Shown here: positions 23,528 to 38,465 of the stretch, piece by piece
Position numbering within the stretch: position 1 is the stretch's first letter
Layout: each line of letters opens with the position of its first letter
Source: Gnetum montanum
Lineage: Eukaryota > Plantae > Gnetophyta
Assembly: GCA_015680685.1 (NCBI GenBank)
Contig: MNCI01001288.1
Coordinates: 1 to 64,000, forward strand
DNA length: 64,000 bases
Direction of reading: 5' to 3'
Notes under the pieces: generated by a model
Seen by the model: the letters and a program-made list of their open reading frames with translations, nothing else
Told to the model about the DNA's origin: nothing
Database searches by the model: none
Program-made: the position numbers and the translations under genes

Positions 23528-26500
23528 GGTTGTGAAATTGTGTGTGAATTTATATGTGACTTTTTATAATTATTTTTTTTGTAAAAGATATATCGTTAAG
23601 TCCTATACAATGACCTTGTATGATATAACTAATCTAGATAACTAACACCATCCCCAGCAATGGCACCAATGATGAGTGGCGAGGTACCCCTACACTCAAC
23701 CATACGAATACGAGTGTTACACATGCGATCCGGTCAAACTCCGCAGGCAGACTAGTTGTGGTATCTAGACAGTTAGCCTTAGGTCACAGTTTGTTGTCTT
23801 CCCACTTGGACTAGTATTAACTTTGTCATGTATGGTTTAGTCCATAGTGAGGTGTATGATGTGTTCTCTAATCTAATGCTACTCCTGAAGGCAATGGAAG
23901 ATAATATTAACTAAGCTAAGAGAGAAAGGGTGAGAGAGAATCTAACTAGCCTAAGTGTGATGAGCATCCGTTTCTTGATTATCCGTACACATCTTGGACT
24001 TCGTGCATGACTACCATTGGGATTACCAAGCATAGATCTTAGGTATGCTACTGGGTTACCAAGTAGTCACACTTAAATGCTTGTAATCAGGTCGTACTCA
24101 TTCCGCGTTTTAACATGATTTTAAGGGTGAGAAGAGATTAACTAGGAAATTAGTAAATAAAAACTAATTAAATGATTAAACTAAGTGAATGCTGCAATGA
24201 TGAAGTAATCTCGATCTTTATTGTCGGTCATGTGCATGTCCAAGTACATCACACTCGAATAAAGGATGTCGTACAATTACAATCACCACACTATGGGCAT
24301 ACACTGGGAGGAAAAGGGTTGAGAGAAAGAAATTAAAACACTTAAACTAAAACTGACTTACTTCCTACTTTTTTACTTTTGATAACTGACTCCTCTTATT
24401 TATAGATGAGGAGACATACTACAATATCGCGTATGTGATATCGTGGTTAGGCTGCGATATTGCGGACGCGTATCGCAGTTGCCCAAATGACAACTCATCA
24501 GACCACAACTTGTGATTATGTGATCAAGACTTGACCATGACTTATGATTAAGCTTGACACATATACCTTAACTTGTAGTGAACTCATGGTTATGGCCAAA
24601 ATGCTAGTTTGTCTAAAATCTAGCTTAAACTAATGCCTAGATGTTTTGAGATCATTGAATGATCAAGCCAACAATTCCAAAATGGTGTAATGCTTAGCTA
24701 TGAGCTGCTAAATTGAAGGAGAAATTCTTGCAACCCAAAATGAAAATAATAGAAACCTCAATCAGCATAAAAAGATAGAACCTTAAGAACAAAACACAAA
24801 CTACTTACTATTACAAAAAGCCCAATGTAATAATTGAGAATGCTATCCATCATTACTCAAAATCCACATGGCCACAATAATTGCTAATTGCAAATTTAGT
24901 ACAAAACTCTCATAATTACATAATATTATTGCTCACAATAAAGACGTGCATAAAAGACATGGTTGAAATTATAAATAAAAATTGTACATCGCTGCCCATA
25001 AATATGATAACTCAACTAATTACATTTATCATATATTATATAGAAAGCCAAAGTTTCATAAAACCCATTTCCTACTAGAAACACATTAACTTGTTGAAAT
25101 AGTGAAATAAAAGAAAAGGCCAAGATGGACACATGCACAACTACACAACAAATCATGCACTCACATGAACACATGAAATCATAAGCACATGAGCACCACC
25201 ATGAGTCTCCAATCTAGTAGAGCTTCCCCATCTAGTTGATGGATGCTAGCAATGACCAATGGAAATGGAGTATGAGTTTTTAGTAACAAAAGTATGTCAA
25301 ACCTAACTTGAAACCAAACTTTCTCTTTCTAAAAGAAAACTCAAGAAAAATCCAATCTAATTCATAATGTCATCTTATGTAAATCTCTTAATAAAACCAA
25401 TAAAAATACTAGACTCACCATTTCATAAAATTAAGTGATAAAATATTAACCGTTCAAACTCTCAAATGTAATTGCAAATATTGATCCAAAAAACATCAAC
25501 TAAAACTATTTACAAATATAAAACATGACTAACAACTGTCACTAGGCACAAAACCCACAAAACTAGTAACTCCTACAAATAATAAAGGACTCTAACCAAG
25601 CTAAACACTATACCACATGGTACACAACACACTAGTGTTAACCATGAATTGCCAAGGTACATAGCATATAAAGCACTCTTCCAACACATGTAACTAAGGT
25701 TGCCGAACTATACCCATGCCATACCGATACCCATAACACATATATAGCATAAGCGTACATAACACACTACTCCATAGGTTACGAGTGTAGTGAGTATGCC
25801 TCATGAAATCATATAAGCAACATTACCAACATGACACATACACATGCAACCACAGCAAACACAAGCAATAACATGAGATATTATTCTCCTAGAAGAGCTA
25901 AGAAGCATTCTTATTCTAATGCATCTAGCCCTAAGCTCCACTTTGAAGATAAGGACGATGGCTCGAGTATTGAAGTTGAAGCTCCTCTACAAGCCTACAT
26001 ATCCTCTTGTCACATTGCACAAAGGAATCAAGGTCATGTAATTCTTTAGTGATGGTTGTGATAGCATGGAACCTGTGAGAATCTCCACACTCCTTTGACC
26101 TCCATTTTGGAGGGAAATAACTTTCGATCCATCAACAAGGCATGTTTTCCTATACTCTCCCCCACTTTAAAGAAGAGACATTCTTAGAGACTAAGTCTTT
26201 GTTTGTATGCTTTGCCAAATATGAAGAGCCATATGGATATTGAGGGTATTGAGCAACTCAAAGCCCATCCAACAATTATAGATAATAAGGTTTAATGACT
26301 AGGTTCATCGATCCTAAAGCACGAATGTTAAACTAAACTTGACATCTAATTAGTCAAACAAATGCTCAGGAAACCTAGGTTAAGGAAGAAAAGGCTTGAC
26401 CTCTTTCATGCAAATGGTACCAACCTTTCTACTTGGAGTGAGACTCGTGTAAAATGCAAACCATTTTCCTACACTTGCAGGGATACAAATGTGTAGTCTT

Positions 26501-26529
26501 CCTGAGGCACTCATTCCTCCATTTCAAAC

Positions 26530-26702
26530 TTGTGCTTCCTACTTAGAGTCATAATCCTATGCTACCTGCTTGGAGTCATAGTCATAATCTTGTGCTTCCT
26601 ACTCGAAGACATAGTCTCAATCTTGTGCTTCATACTCAAAGTTAGTCACAATCTTGTGCTCCCTGATCGGAGTCATAGTCACAATCTTGTGCATACTACT
26701 TG
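26530..26702. repeat. Tandem array of about 5-6 degenerate ~33-bp units (GAGTCATAGTCACAATCTTGTGCTTCCTACT)
   Basis: Repeated AATCTTGTGCTTCCTACT cores in the 3' region of E4. Confidence 0.8.
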
Positions 26703-27299
26703 AAGAAAAAATCAAGAACCTATACAACCTACTCAATGACACCATTAAAAACATGTACTCATAAGAATTGATTCATGAAGAAGCAATGACACTAGGCTGA
26801 TCACATTTCAATCCTCTCAATACCTGCTACCCCATTTGAACATTAGATTCTCCACCTTGTCCTAAGGTGGTTAGGCCCTCATATACCCACTACATGGAAC
26901 TCAAAAGTCTCATTTCTTGCTCTTGGTCATCCCCATTGGAGATCATTAACAGAGCACGAGGCTAGTGCTTAATTGTATTCAACCTACAATTCTCATTTGA
27001 TCCATGACCACCACTTTTGAATCAAACATTAGAAGAACATTCTCAAGCATAATGCTATTCATAATAGATGCAACATTTTAAACCTTGATTCCTTAGAAGA
27101 TATTTAGAGAATCCTTCAAAACATGATTGCTTGTTTCATGATTCATTCTGCTCTTAAGACATTTGAGATTTTCCATACCCCAAGGAAGAGGTTTGTTTAC
27201 CTAGAGTTGGATCAATATATGAGCATTTGAATCCACCAGAATTTTCATATCCATCCCCTCTCCAAGACTTATTACTCTTTTTCTTACTCTCAAGTAGCT

Positions 27300-28470
27300 G
27301 CTCCACTTCACCATTATCTTTCTTTTCCATTTTGTAATCAGTTAAACTACCATAAACCTAGATGGCCTTCCTAAATCCTGTGATTTTGTGAGTTTTGAGC
27401 TCACATTGAATCCAAGGTTTGAGGCCATTAAGAAACACTCTATATTTGTTGTCCTTATCCATATTCAACATTTGTATGATGATATTTTGATATTCATGAA
27501 TATACTCTAGTTCTCCCATGTGTTGAATCTCCTTTCGGTTTATCCAGGCTTTATCAATGAAAGTGCTTGGATGAAAGTTCTCAATCAAGGCTTAAATTAT
27601 TCACAATTCTTAATGGGTCTTTGAATCCCTACTTTCTCTTCTTGAAGAATGCCAAGCCACTAGGTTTTTGTTATTTCATCCAAGAATTGGGTAAAAATGC
27701 GAGCTTATTTTTCTATAGCACATTCATATATCTCTAGGAACTCTTTTGTCTCAAAGAGAAAAATGTAAATCACAACATCATCCCTATCGCCTTCATAGAT
27801 CTTTGGTTCCTTTGCTCAAAACTTAGAAATCAATCATCTCAGTCTTGATGCGAATGCCCTTGCTTGCACAACTAGTTGATCTTTCACAACCCTAATCTCA
27901 TCTACTGATTGCTTTTTCAAAGCCTAAATCTCATTTTATTGGCTCTTGAACAAGGCTTGTTGGTTTTCTAACAATGATTACAACTTCTATTTTTCATCTC
28001 AAAGCTCCTAGTTGGCAAGTTGAAGATTATTAACAACTTCTCCAAGTTGTTCCATCTAATTCCTTAGCAAAACGTTTTGAGTTGGGGCAAGTTTGTGTTT
28101 TGTGCTAGAGCCCAACTTTGGAAGGAAAGGAATTTCCATTAGATTAACCAGCTCTTGAATCATCTAGGTCTTTTCTACTGTGGGAAGACTACACATGATG
28201 ATGATGTCTACTTGCAACAACTAGGCCCATAGTTTGTTCATGCATCTTTTTAGGGGATTCAGCTATATCCCTCTCACTAGTCATTTTCACATCCTTATTC
28301 TCATGCACATCCTTAACATATTCACATTGTCATGCACCTCCTCGTGCACATGACTACTTTGACTACCATGTCCAACTAGTTCATTGTGGAGATTGGGATT
28401 GGGAGGAGTATTGTTAAGATTTTGATTCTCTTTGCTCTTCTTTTTGTGTACCATAGTAGCACATGATTCA
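27300..28470 (-). pseudogene. E4 gag remnant
   Basis: KEPKIYEGDRDDVVIYIFLFE and FLNGLKPWIQCELK motifs, heavily degraded. Confidence 0.65.
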
Positions 28471-29975
28471 TAAACAACAAATGAGGATCATGAACCATCA
28501 CCAACCTCGAACCACAAACCACAACTTTGATACCAAGTGTAATGAAATTGCTTTAGAGAAGCACAATTCGACACCACTATTGTGTCCAAAGGTAGCTAAG
28601 TGTCCTAGAGTGGATCTAAGATGGACTATGCCTCAACGTTTACAATAGTTGCACATACAACATAGGCATGCAGAATATGTTAGTCTATAGGTTAGAAGTG
28701 TAGCAAGTACACCTCATGAAATCATATAAGCCATAGGACCAACATGAGACACATACGCGCAACCATAGCAAGCACAAGCAACAACATAAGAGATACCATT
28801 CCCCTAGAAGAGATAAAATACGCTCCTATTTTAATGCATCTAGCTCTAAGCCCTACTTTGAAGCAAACGATAGCGCCCCAAGCATTGAAGCTATAGTTTC
28901 TTTACAAGTCTACATATCCATGTGTTGTAGTATATAAAGGAATCAAGGCCATGTAGTTCTTTGGTGATAGTTGTGATAGCATGGAACTTGTAAGATCTTA
29001 ACACTCCTTCGACCCCTATTCTAGAGGGATACAACCTTTGATCCACCAACAAGCTATGTTTTCCTACAGCTTGTACTTCTTGAATATAACAAGTTGGAAG
29101 GATATGGGGCCATACTCATAATGTATTTGCTAATTTTAGAATTAGCTTATGATGCTTCTATTTTATAATAAAAAAATTATTTGCATTATTTTATATTTTT
29201 TTAGCATGTGATGGATATGTCGAACCCTTTTTATTAGAACCATGATTTTATCTCAAAAAGGTATTTTGGGAGATTTAAATCCAACCTTGGGGTTGTAGCC
29301 CATGCTCTCTTGCAATATTTGGTATTTTTGTTAGCCTAGTGGTAAGACACCTAATTTGGAAGCTCAAAGATTCTAAAGTTCTAATTTGACTATATGTCTT
29401 AGGGGTAAATATTGTTAAAAAGAAAGCTTTAGGCACACTCTACTCTCCCTAGTTTTGTTATTAAAAAATAGAAAATTATATTTTTATAATATTTGATAGC
29501 ATATCTTATTCTATAACATATTATATTCTCTTTGGGATTTAACCTCAATCTTCATGTTGAACCTATGTGACTAACTCAACTATGGAATTTTACCCAATTT
29601 ATTTTATTATTATGTTTTAACCAATTGCTGCTAATAAAAGCCAATCAAGCCTAGCTATCCTCCTTATATCAAATCAAATCCATGTGTTTCTTTCTCACAC
29701 TCTCCTCACATTCATGCATTGGAGATTTGAGACCTTAGTAAAACTAAATTGCATCAAGCCCTTACATCTTGGATTGTGGAGCTTGTTCTTGCCCAAGTAA
29801 AGTCTGCTAAGAATTTGGTGTATTTTATTAGTTTAGCATTCAAAATAAGGTCTATATATAGTAACACTGTGAACTTGAGTTTATACTGTGACAGTGACGT
29901 TTGATATTTTAATATCTAACAATTAGTTTCTTTACTAATTTTTTTTAATTATTTTATTAATTTCTATTAACTATT

Positions 29976-32900
29976 TGATACGTGGAGAGGTACACCTACG
30001 TCCAACCATACGAATCACAAGCGTTCATGCACGATCCGGTCAAATTTCATGGATGGGACTAGTTGTGCATCTAAATCATTATGCCTTCATAGTTTGCTAT
30101 CTTCCCACTTAGACTAGTGGTAGCTTTGTCACATATGGTTTAGTCCAAAGTGAGGCATATGATGATTGATGTTGTTCAACCCTAAGCTATTCCTAATAAT
30201 GATAAAGAAATTACTTGTTTAATCTAATTAACAATGGAAAGTAAAGTCTAGACTAGCCTACATGTGATGAGTGTCCATTCCTAGCTTGCCATACAAATCT
30301 TGAACCCACGTATCCACGACTGGGATTACCAAGTGCTATGTTGCTAGGCAAACCAAACAATAACGTTGCTGGGGTTACCAAGTGAGTACATGTTTATGCT
30401 TGAAACTGGTTGCCCTCATTTCGCCAATTCATTAACATGCATGAAAATGTCAATATTAACTAAGTACATGAAAAGTAAATTGCATGGAAAGTAAATATAA
30501 TTTAATTCAAAGTGCTATAATGAATAAGAATTAATTTTGATCTTATTATTGTTCATGGAATGTGTCCAAGTACATTGCCACTCGAATAAGACTCCATACA
30601 ACTAACTCAAATCTACTATGCGGGCACTCACTGACTGTTTTGTAAGATTACAAAATAAAATTGCAAGAGTTTAGCTACTCTATCGACTAACTTATGAGAA
30701 AAAATCATACCCAAACCATGTACCCCAGCACTATATTTATAGGCTGACACACATGCCATGATATTGGATATTCGACATCGGTTCTGGGCCCCAATATCGG
30801 GTATCCAATATCGAAGCCACGCAAAACATGGTTCATCATACCCCCATGACTGAATGAAAACTCGTTCTCAAGTGAACAATAGGGGGAACAAGTCCCTTAC
30901 ATAATATTGGGAAGGTATGGGATTATTGACTGACATGTAAACTACTAACTGACTTTGAGTGCCACATTATAAAATTTTATTTGAGTGGATGCATAAAAAA
31001 TGATAGAGTGACAAAAAGACTGGATAAACATTGAAGATTACAAAATTTACAAAGGTCTTCAAGAATCTACTAAAGATGATTCTTCTTGTTGCCGCTAGTG
31101 GTGGTAGACTTTTAACCTTGATTATTATGTCAATGCTTCTTTGGTTATGCAGAGCATTCTTGAAGGATGGACTAAAAGTGCTTCTCATCGTTCCATGGAT
31201 CTACCAACTTGCGAAGCTTGAGCTGCTATCTTGTATGTGCTACGATTTTTCCATGGGCATATCCTCCGTTGTCTCCCTCTTGGCTTCATTTTTGTGCTTG
31301 ATAAAAGACCTTCTTCCTTAGGCGTTTCTTTTACCATCACCTATAGTCGTCAAAGGATCAACATTAGTTTTGGTAAATTTTTCCTTAATAATAAACCCTT
31401 TTTTGGATCCCTTAGTTTGCATTCAAGCACAAGGTGATGACAACAAACTATGCACAAGGCTATGAGGTAACTCAAATCATCAAGTTCTCATTATTTTGAT
31501 CAATTACTATTAGTTACCATGATGTTCGAAAATAGGATGTTAGAAAAATTTCAAAGCAGACATTCCTAGCCCCCATGACTAATAAGCGTAACTTTAGAAG
31601 GAAACAAGTTTTTGAACAATTGAAACCAAAGGTCTAATTCAGAAGATGACCAAGAAATATTAATGGATATGGAAATAGAAAAGTAGGAAAAATTAATGAA
31701 ACAGATGAGAAGTAATCCCAAAATCATGCATAAATTCAGAGAAACCATCACTGATGTTCTGGAAGATGTGAAGGTTAGTTTAAAGCCATGATCAACAAAA
31801 GTTATGCGAGTGGGTCCTCCTCAAAGCAGGCTCTTGCCATAATGCTCTTGCATAACCACTTCTATAAATGTCTATGGGCACCCGAGAAGTTAAATGTAGA
31901 TCTTGCCATTGTTTCGAACAACGCACAACTGCCGTGGTTGGGATGTTGCACTATGCTACACAAAACCAAAAGGCTTGTAATTGCATGCAATAGTGAGGTG
32001 AATAATGAAATGAGAAGGGATTGCAGAGATTAGCATGTAAGGTACTTGACCATGTCCACAATAGGTTCTTGTGACAAGTGTGATTAAAATGATTAACATA
32101 CGTATCCATCCAAGTTCAGACCAAGTACATACCATGAATAGTGACCTCACATTGATGTGTTCCTCCTGCCAACCACCATGAGTCCGCAAACACCACAAAG
32201 AACAATCATCAATTCAAAAAGAGAAGAAAAGAGAAGAAGAAAGAAAGGGCCTTGGTTAGAGAGGTGCCTTCAAGCATGGGTAACATGTCTTTCCAACCCC
32301 ATAACCAGTGTTTGTAGCCCATTATTGTGTGTAAAGGATGTGCTTTGAATTCCCATTATTGTTTATTATTTTTTCTTTTTGTCTTTTTCCATTTTTTTCT
32401 TTTCTTTTTTTTTCTCTATCTTTTTTGGATGGGAACCACACCATGCAAAGACAAAGCTTCCTTTTTATTGGTTGACGACAAAGTGATGATACATTCCAAG
32501 AGGAGTTATAAACCACATGAAGGAAGTTAAGAAGAGAACCCAACAAGTTCCCTTGAGGTCATACCCTTTGCCATTCCCNNNNNNNNNNNNNNNNNNNNNN
32601 NNNNNNNNNNNNNATGACTTGGTAATATTATTAACAAAAACATAAAATACATTCATGAAACATAAAGAGAATGACTCAAGAAAGGAGAAAAATATAAAGA
32701 AAAGAAAAATATTTAAAAATGAAAAACATATGAAGAATCAAAAAATTCTAGAACTAATAAGCAAATCAATTACTTCCATGCATCTTTGAAACAGTTTTAT
32801 ATTCTCATTTTCAAGCCACTGGGTGTGTTCTGATTTAGTGGCTACTACGTAGACTAGCTTTTGCTCACACACTTGCTTTTGAAGTTTATGGTGGGTCAGT

Positions 32901-35900
32901 ATAGGGATTGTGTTAATATTTTGAACTTTTGGCCCACAATTGCATCCCTTATCATTATTGGTGATTCATGAATTCTTTTCTCTATTTACAATGATAGGTT
33001 TATCGTTTATTTCTTGTGTTAGAGTGGTAATGGGTGTTGACTTTTGTGTATGATTAGGAAACAGTGGTTGTGGAAAGGGAGGCATTGCACTAGATTGGCA
33101 TGGTGTTAGTTTGGATAATGTGGTTGGTCCATCAGTGTTTTGCTTCTACCTGCGGCCTTTCCTAAAGAAGGGATGTTTTCGAGTTTACAGTAGGGACCTA
33201 CCAGTATTGACATGTTTATGCACATTTGCAGCACAAGTGGCATTCGTTTGTTGATGTTGTGAGGTTGAACCTTCTTGTATTGTTGGAGGTGACATATGAT
33301 AGAGGTATGAGAATATTGAGGATATGATGTAGGATGAGAGGTGCGAGGTGGTGATCTCATATAAGATTTTGCGGGATGATGATATTCAGGAGAGTGTTCA
33401 TAGTGATTTGAGGTAGAGGAAGTAGAACTAGTTTGGGAAATAGCTTGTTGAACATAATATCCATATGGGTTTAGTTGGTAGTAAGGGTAGGGCTAGTTTG
33501 ATGATGGCCTCCCCCACGACTGTGGGTTTTGCCACTGCAGTTGATAGTAGTTTTAAGGTTGCTAAGAAGTCCCACTAGGATAGTATGGTTGGTTGTAGGA
33601 CTATCTAAAATTACCTTGTGGAAAAGAAAATCTCCTATTGTACAAACTTTAGATTTAATGCCCCTACCCAATACTCATGTAGATGCAACAAGACCAGGCA
33701 ATGGTCCTTCGGATGATCATATATGTAGATGTCACATCCATTATCTTCATCTGTGATTGAGTCTATAGCCTCACTTCCTTTAGCTATTTTTCTTGTTTGC
33801 TGAAAAGTGTTCCTAGTTGTTTCTTGGTTATGCTTCCTTCGTTTATTGTGATTGCTTGGTTCATTTTGCATTACCTTCTCCTCTACGATTTCTAGGCAAG
33901 TTTTAACTTTCTCATTCATCAATTCTGACATCTTATCCAACTTTGCTTCAAGCTCAACGAGAGAATTTTGTATTGGCAAGGTTCGTTGTAAAATCATCTC
34001 ATCAAGAGTTGCCTCTTTTTCCTCATCATAGATATGGACCCTTTTCTTTTTAAGGGTTGGATCCTAGTGTTTTCCTCTACGTTCTGTTGTTTACATAGCT
34101 CTCCTTCTTCTTTCGCCACTTGCCCAATTAGCCTTTGTATTTGATGGGCTTTTCATTCGTATAATTAACCTTGAGCATACATCCCAAGGATCTCTCTCTT
34201 TTCATTACGAAGCCCATCTATGATGTGGAAAAATTTCTCTTTTTGAGAGAAATCATGGCTAGGACATCTATGTAGTAGTGAATAGTATCTATCCAAGGCC
34301 ACTTCCAGGTGTTCATGATTTTCTTGCTTCCACTCTTAGATTTGTTTTCTTAGGTTGGAAACTCGTATAGGTTTTGTATTTTTCATTGAAAAGTTCTAGC
34401 ATTGTGGACCACTGGTGGATGGAACTTGGTTCCAACGATCTATACCAACTTTCAACTTCGTTGATTAGTGTACTAGGAAAGAGCTTAAGCTTTTGCCATC
34501 CACTTTCAATGTTGTATAAGGCACAAGCATCATGGAAGGCTTGTAGATGATGTTGTGGATCAGAATCATAACCTTCCTTGAACTTAGGGATATTATTCAT
34601 ATCAAGCTTGGGTAGAAGACTTTCCATGCAATGCCTGTGAGATATCTTAACTACCTCCCTAATCTACATTAGGATCTTAGTGGCCAACAAGGGTTCATCA
34701 TCATCAGGCATGTTGTGATGAAAATTTCTATTTCTATTCGTTTGATTGTGATGATCTTGTCTATGCTCATTGTGATGTCTTTGATTTTGCCCTTGGATTC
34801 GATTTCTATCTTTATCTTAACCTTGTAGTAAAGCTCTATCTCTATACCTACGTTCATCTTCGTCAGAACTAGACATTGAAGATGAAGAGGAAGATGATGA
34901 ACTAGGAGAATCATCATGGCTCCTATAGTTCACCTTTTGGTCCTTTGATTTATCTTTTCTAAGTTTTGAGAAGGACATAAGCCTTGAGGCCCTCCTTGAT
35001 CTAGGACTTACTCCATCTCTAGGATTTTCTACACCAATTGGATGTAGTCTTTAAGTGTAGTAAGGGTCTAAATGAGTGTAGGAAACCCTTGCTTAAGGTT
35101 GTTCACTTCAATTCTCTTTAGTATATATCCTATCATTTCTTCTACAAGTGTCCTCATCATATAATGCATTATTGATCCTATGTGAAGAAGACATGGTTTT
35201 ACTTGATAATGTGTGTGACTTAAAATATTAATATTTTTTAAAAGATAGATCATTAATACATTTGTAGCGATTATGTATAATATAACTAATCTAGATAACT
35301 AGCACCATCCTTAGCAACGACGCCAATGATGAGTGGCGAGGTACCCATACGCCCAACCATACGAATCACAAGCGTTCATGCATGATTCGGCTAAATTCCA
35401 TGGATGGGACTAGTTGTGCATCTAAATCATTATGTCTTGATTGTAATTCACTATCTTTCCACTTAGACTAGTGGTAGCTTTGTCACATATGGTTTAGTCT
35501 AAAGAGAGGCACATGATGATTGATGTTGTTTGGCCCTAAGCTATTCCTAATAATGATAAAGAAAGTACTTGTTTAATCTAATTAACAATGGAAAGTAATG
35601 TCTAGATGAGCCTACGAGCAATGAGTGTCTGTTCCCAGCTTGTTGTACACATCTTGAAACCACGTATTTCCTACTGAGATTACCAGTGCTATGTTGCTGG
35701 GCAAACCAAGCAATAACAGTGATGGAGATACTAAGCGAATACGTGTTTATGCTTGAAACTGGTTGTGCTCATTTCGCCAATTCATTAACATGCATGAAAA
35801 TGTAAATATTAACTAAGTACATGGAAAGTAAATCTAATCTAAGTCAAAGTGCTACAATAAATAAGAATCAATCTCGATCTCATTGTTGTTCACGGAATGT

Positions 35901-36064
35901 GTCCAAGTACATTGCCACTCGAATAAAAAATCATACCCAAACCATGCGCCCAAGCACTGTATTTATAGGCCAACACACATGCCATGATATCATATATCCA
36001 ACATTGCTTTTAGGCCCCGATATTGAATACCCGATATCGAAACCAGGCAAAACACGATTCCTCA
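29976..36064 (-). mobile_element. Complete non-autonomous Athila-like LTR retrotransposon (E3): gag plus ORF2 remnant, no pol
   Basis: LTRs 29976-30838 and 35327-36064, TSD CTATT (29971-29975 / 36065-36069), PBS 35308-35325, PPT at 30839-30847 (minus). Confidence 0.92.
32780..35194 (-). pseudogene. E3 gag
   Basis: PKFKEGYDSDPQHHLQAFHDAC..LKLFPSTLINEVESWY..F.EKY (ORF 34313-34627); degenerate knuckle CDIYIYDHPKDHC. Confidence 0.85.
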
Positions 36065-38370
36065 CTATTCATCATGTCCATTTTTCAACCAGAATGATAA
36101 TTTCCTCACAATTGTATATACTTCTTATTCCTATATGAAATATACACCCACATTTTGAGATTAACTAATCATTTAGGTATAGATCTTAGTCCATGTTTGA
36201 TATCTTTGATACACTTTTATCACTTTGAATGCTAACTCCATGATGAACATGATATTACGATGGGATTAAATTATTAACAATTCATTATTGATAGTCAACA
36301 TAATCAATTACTAGTTTTCTTGGACCTTGTGATTGTTTCATTGCAAGACTTAACAAAGCCTAGAACTTGGTTAAGGTAGAGGAAATTGATTCTTATTTCT
36401 ATTTTTAAGATCCTAATTTATGTTGTTTGTTTTTAATGCCTTGTTTCCATGCCAAAATCATGCTAGATTCATAACTTGTTTCATACGCCTTTATTCTTTG
36501 CTTGAATCATGAATTTGTGTAAGTTTTGTTTGTATTTTTTACATTAAAAAAACAAAAATTAAAGAAAAATAAAAATTGACATGTTTCAAGGTGGCAAAAG
36601 GTAGAAGTGACATGCATTAGAGAACTTAGTGTGACAAGTGGTGATATGAGGCCTCGTTTGTTATGTCAATAATTTAGTTGGGTTAGCATCTAAAATTTTA
36701 ATGATGTTGAGCTTAGGAATTACTAAGTATGCTATTGTTTGGCCATGGCAATTGCACTTTAGCTTCATTATGGTACTTGATCTGACCCTTTATGATGTCT
36801 TAACTTTCTTTGATAGTTGAGGACATCTAGGTTTGTGGGTGTGCATGGCTTAGGATTGCAAGCTTTCATGGTAGGACAATTTTGGCAAGCATTCAGGTTT
36901 CATTAATTGATATTGTGATTAGAAGTCTTATCCTTGGGTAGTCATGAATTTAATTGAACTAAGGGATCTTGAAGGTTGATGTTTTATGATTCGCAATGTT
37001 AGGAAATAAGGCATCTATAGGATTGGCACTAAGCTTAGTTGCTTAGCCTAAAAGAGAATGAGGAATTAACTCCAAGAGATTTAACCTAGATGGATAAGGA
37101 TTAAGCTCAATAGATCCTAATGGTAGCTTTTGCCTAGTACTATTATGGTTGCATTACATTTCTAGCATTTTTGTTTGATATCATGGTTTGGATGGCAAGT
37201 AATGCTAATTATAACATTTGAATGCTTAAGATTATGGAATTAAGATAACAATGTTGAAGTTGTGACCCTTCTTTTGGCTTTGCTCTTAGTGGCACTAAGG
37301 TTGTTCCCGTCTACTTGAAAGTGTTCTAGCCCTTTTTGCCTGTGTTCCATGCAAATAGTGTTGGCAGCCAAGGATGAAGGTAGGACCTTACTAGATATGA
37401 CCAAGCTCAATGATATTGAAGATTATTTATGTTGATGTTTTTATTTATCTCTTTGATGTAACTTTGGGTAGAGCTCCTAAATAGACAAATTGTATTTGAA
37501 CTTCTCAAAAAAATTTGTATTCAAGCATTGATGTATATATGCTTCCTAGACATATTTACCTCTAATTATAGATTTTTAAGTCTTTTAATGACCTATGATT
37601 TCAAGTTAATGGTTTTGGTTTAAGTTTTTCACTTTCACGTTGTAAGCATTTAAGGATCACATGCCCCTTTAAGCAAGTTGAGTTAAAATAATTTTATTCA
37701 CAAAATTTTTTAGGAATTATTTTCAAGGGCATGATAATTGTTTTTCAGGATCACCTCTCACCATGATAAAGGGAGTGATTTGCCTAGATTCTTGCTTATT
37801 GCTAAGGCAATCCATATTCCATACACAATGTCATTGGGCAAGATATTTTGATTTGACATAACATTTGCTTCCCTCAATGATTCTAACTGTGAAATGGAAA
37901 TGAGTCCATCAATTTTGTCTAGGGTATTGTTGCTTTATGAAGCCCTTGTTTGTAGGAGCTCCATTATGCACAGGTGCTTGTGGTTGTTAAGGACTAGGCC
38001 TTAAAGAACACATGAAACCACTAGACTTTTGACTCCTCTCAGCTACCACGTTAGGATAAGCATCCTTGCAAGGGCCCTTCTTAACGATACAACACCAAAC
38101 TGCTTTTGCCTCCTCACCAAGCTGAGCCACAACTGGGACTGGAAATTAGTCACGGGATTTAGTTGCATAAGGCTAGGGAAGATACTAGCAAGGTATTCTT
38201 CATTAGAAAACTTGTATTTTTGATATCATGGAGATATTACATAACACCTTTATTGCCCAAATCAAGAATAAATTGAAGAAGCTAAGAATGATCACTTATT
38301 CAGATAACAGTGGTAATCTACAATATTCCAAGATGCTCTTTAAGGTCTTAAAAGGAGGCCAACAATGAGA

Positions 38371-38465
38371 TGTTAGCCTAGTGTTAAAGGTCTTGGCCTT
38401 GTAACCTCTGATTACAGGTTTGATTCTACTAGGTAGCATTGAATTATAAATTAAAAACAAAAAAA
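38371..38465 (+). mobile_element. Possible degenerate tRNA-derived SINE
   Basis: A-box-like TAGCCTAGTG, B-box-like GGTTTGATTC and an A-rich tail; no TSD found. Confidence 0.35.

Larger units (their letters stand above)
16358..24500 (-). mobile_element. Complete Athila-like LTR retrotransposon (E2): gag plus full-length ORF2, no pol seen
   Basis: LTRs 16358-17171 and 23670-24500, TSD GACCA (16353-16357 / 24501-24505), PBS 23651-23668, PPT ATGGGGGTA at 17172-17180 (minus). Two N gaps inside. Confidence 0.92.
25640..29068 (-). mobile_element. Old degenerate Ty3/Gypsy element (E4), tRNA-iMet primed, chromovirus-like gag, no recognisable RT or integrase
   Basis: Diverged LTRs ~25640-26154 and 28538-29068, PBS TGGTATCAAAGTT (28523-28535, minus), PPT AAAGTGGGGGAGAG (26155-26168, minus). 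Left boundary approximate, no TSD found. Confidence 0.75.
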
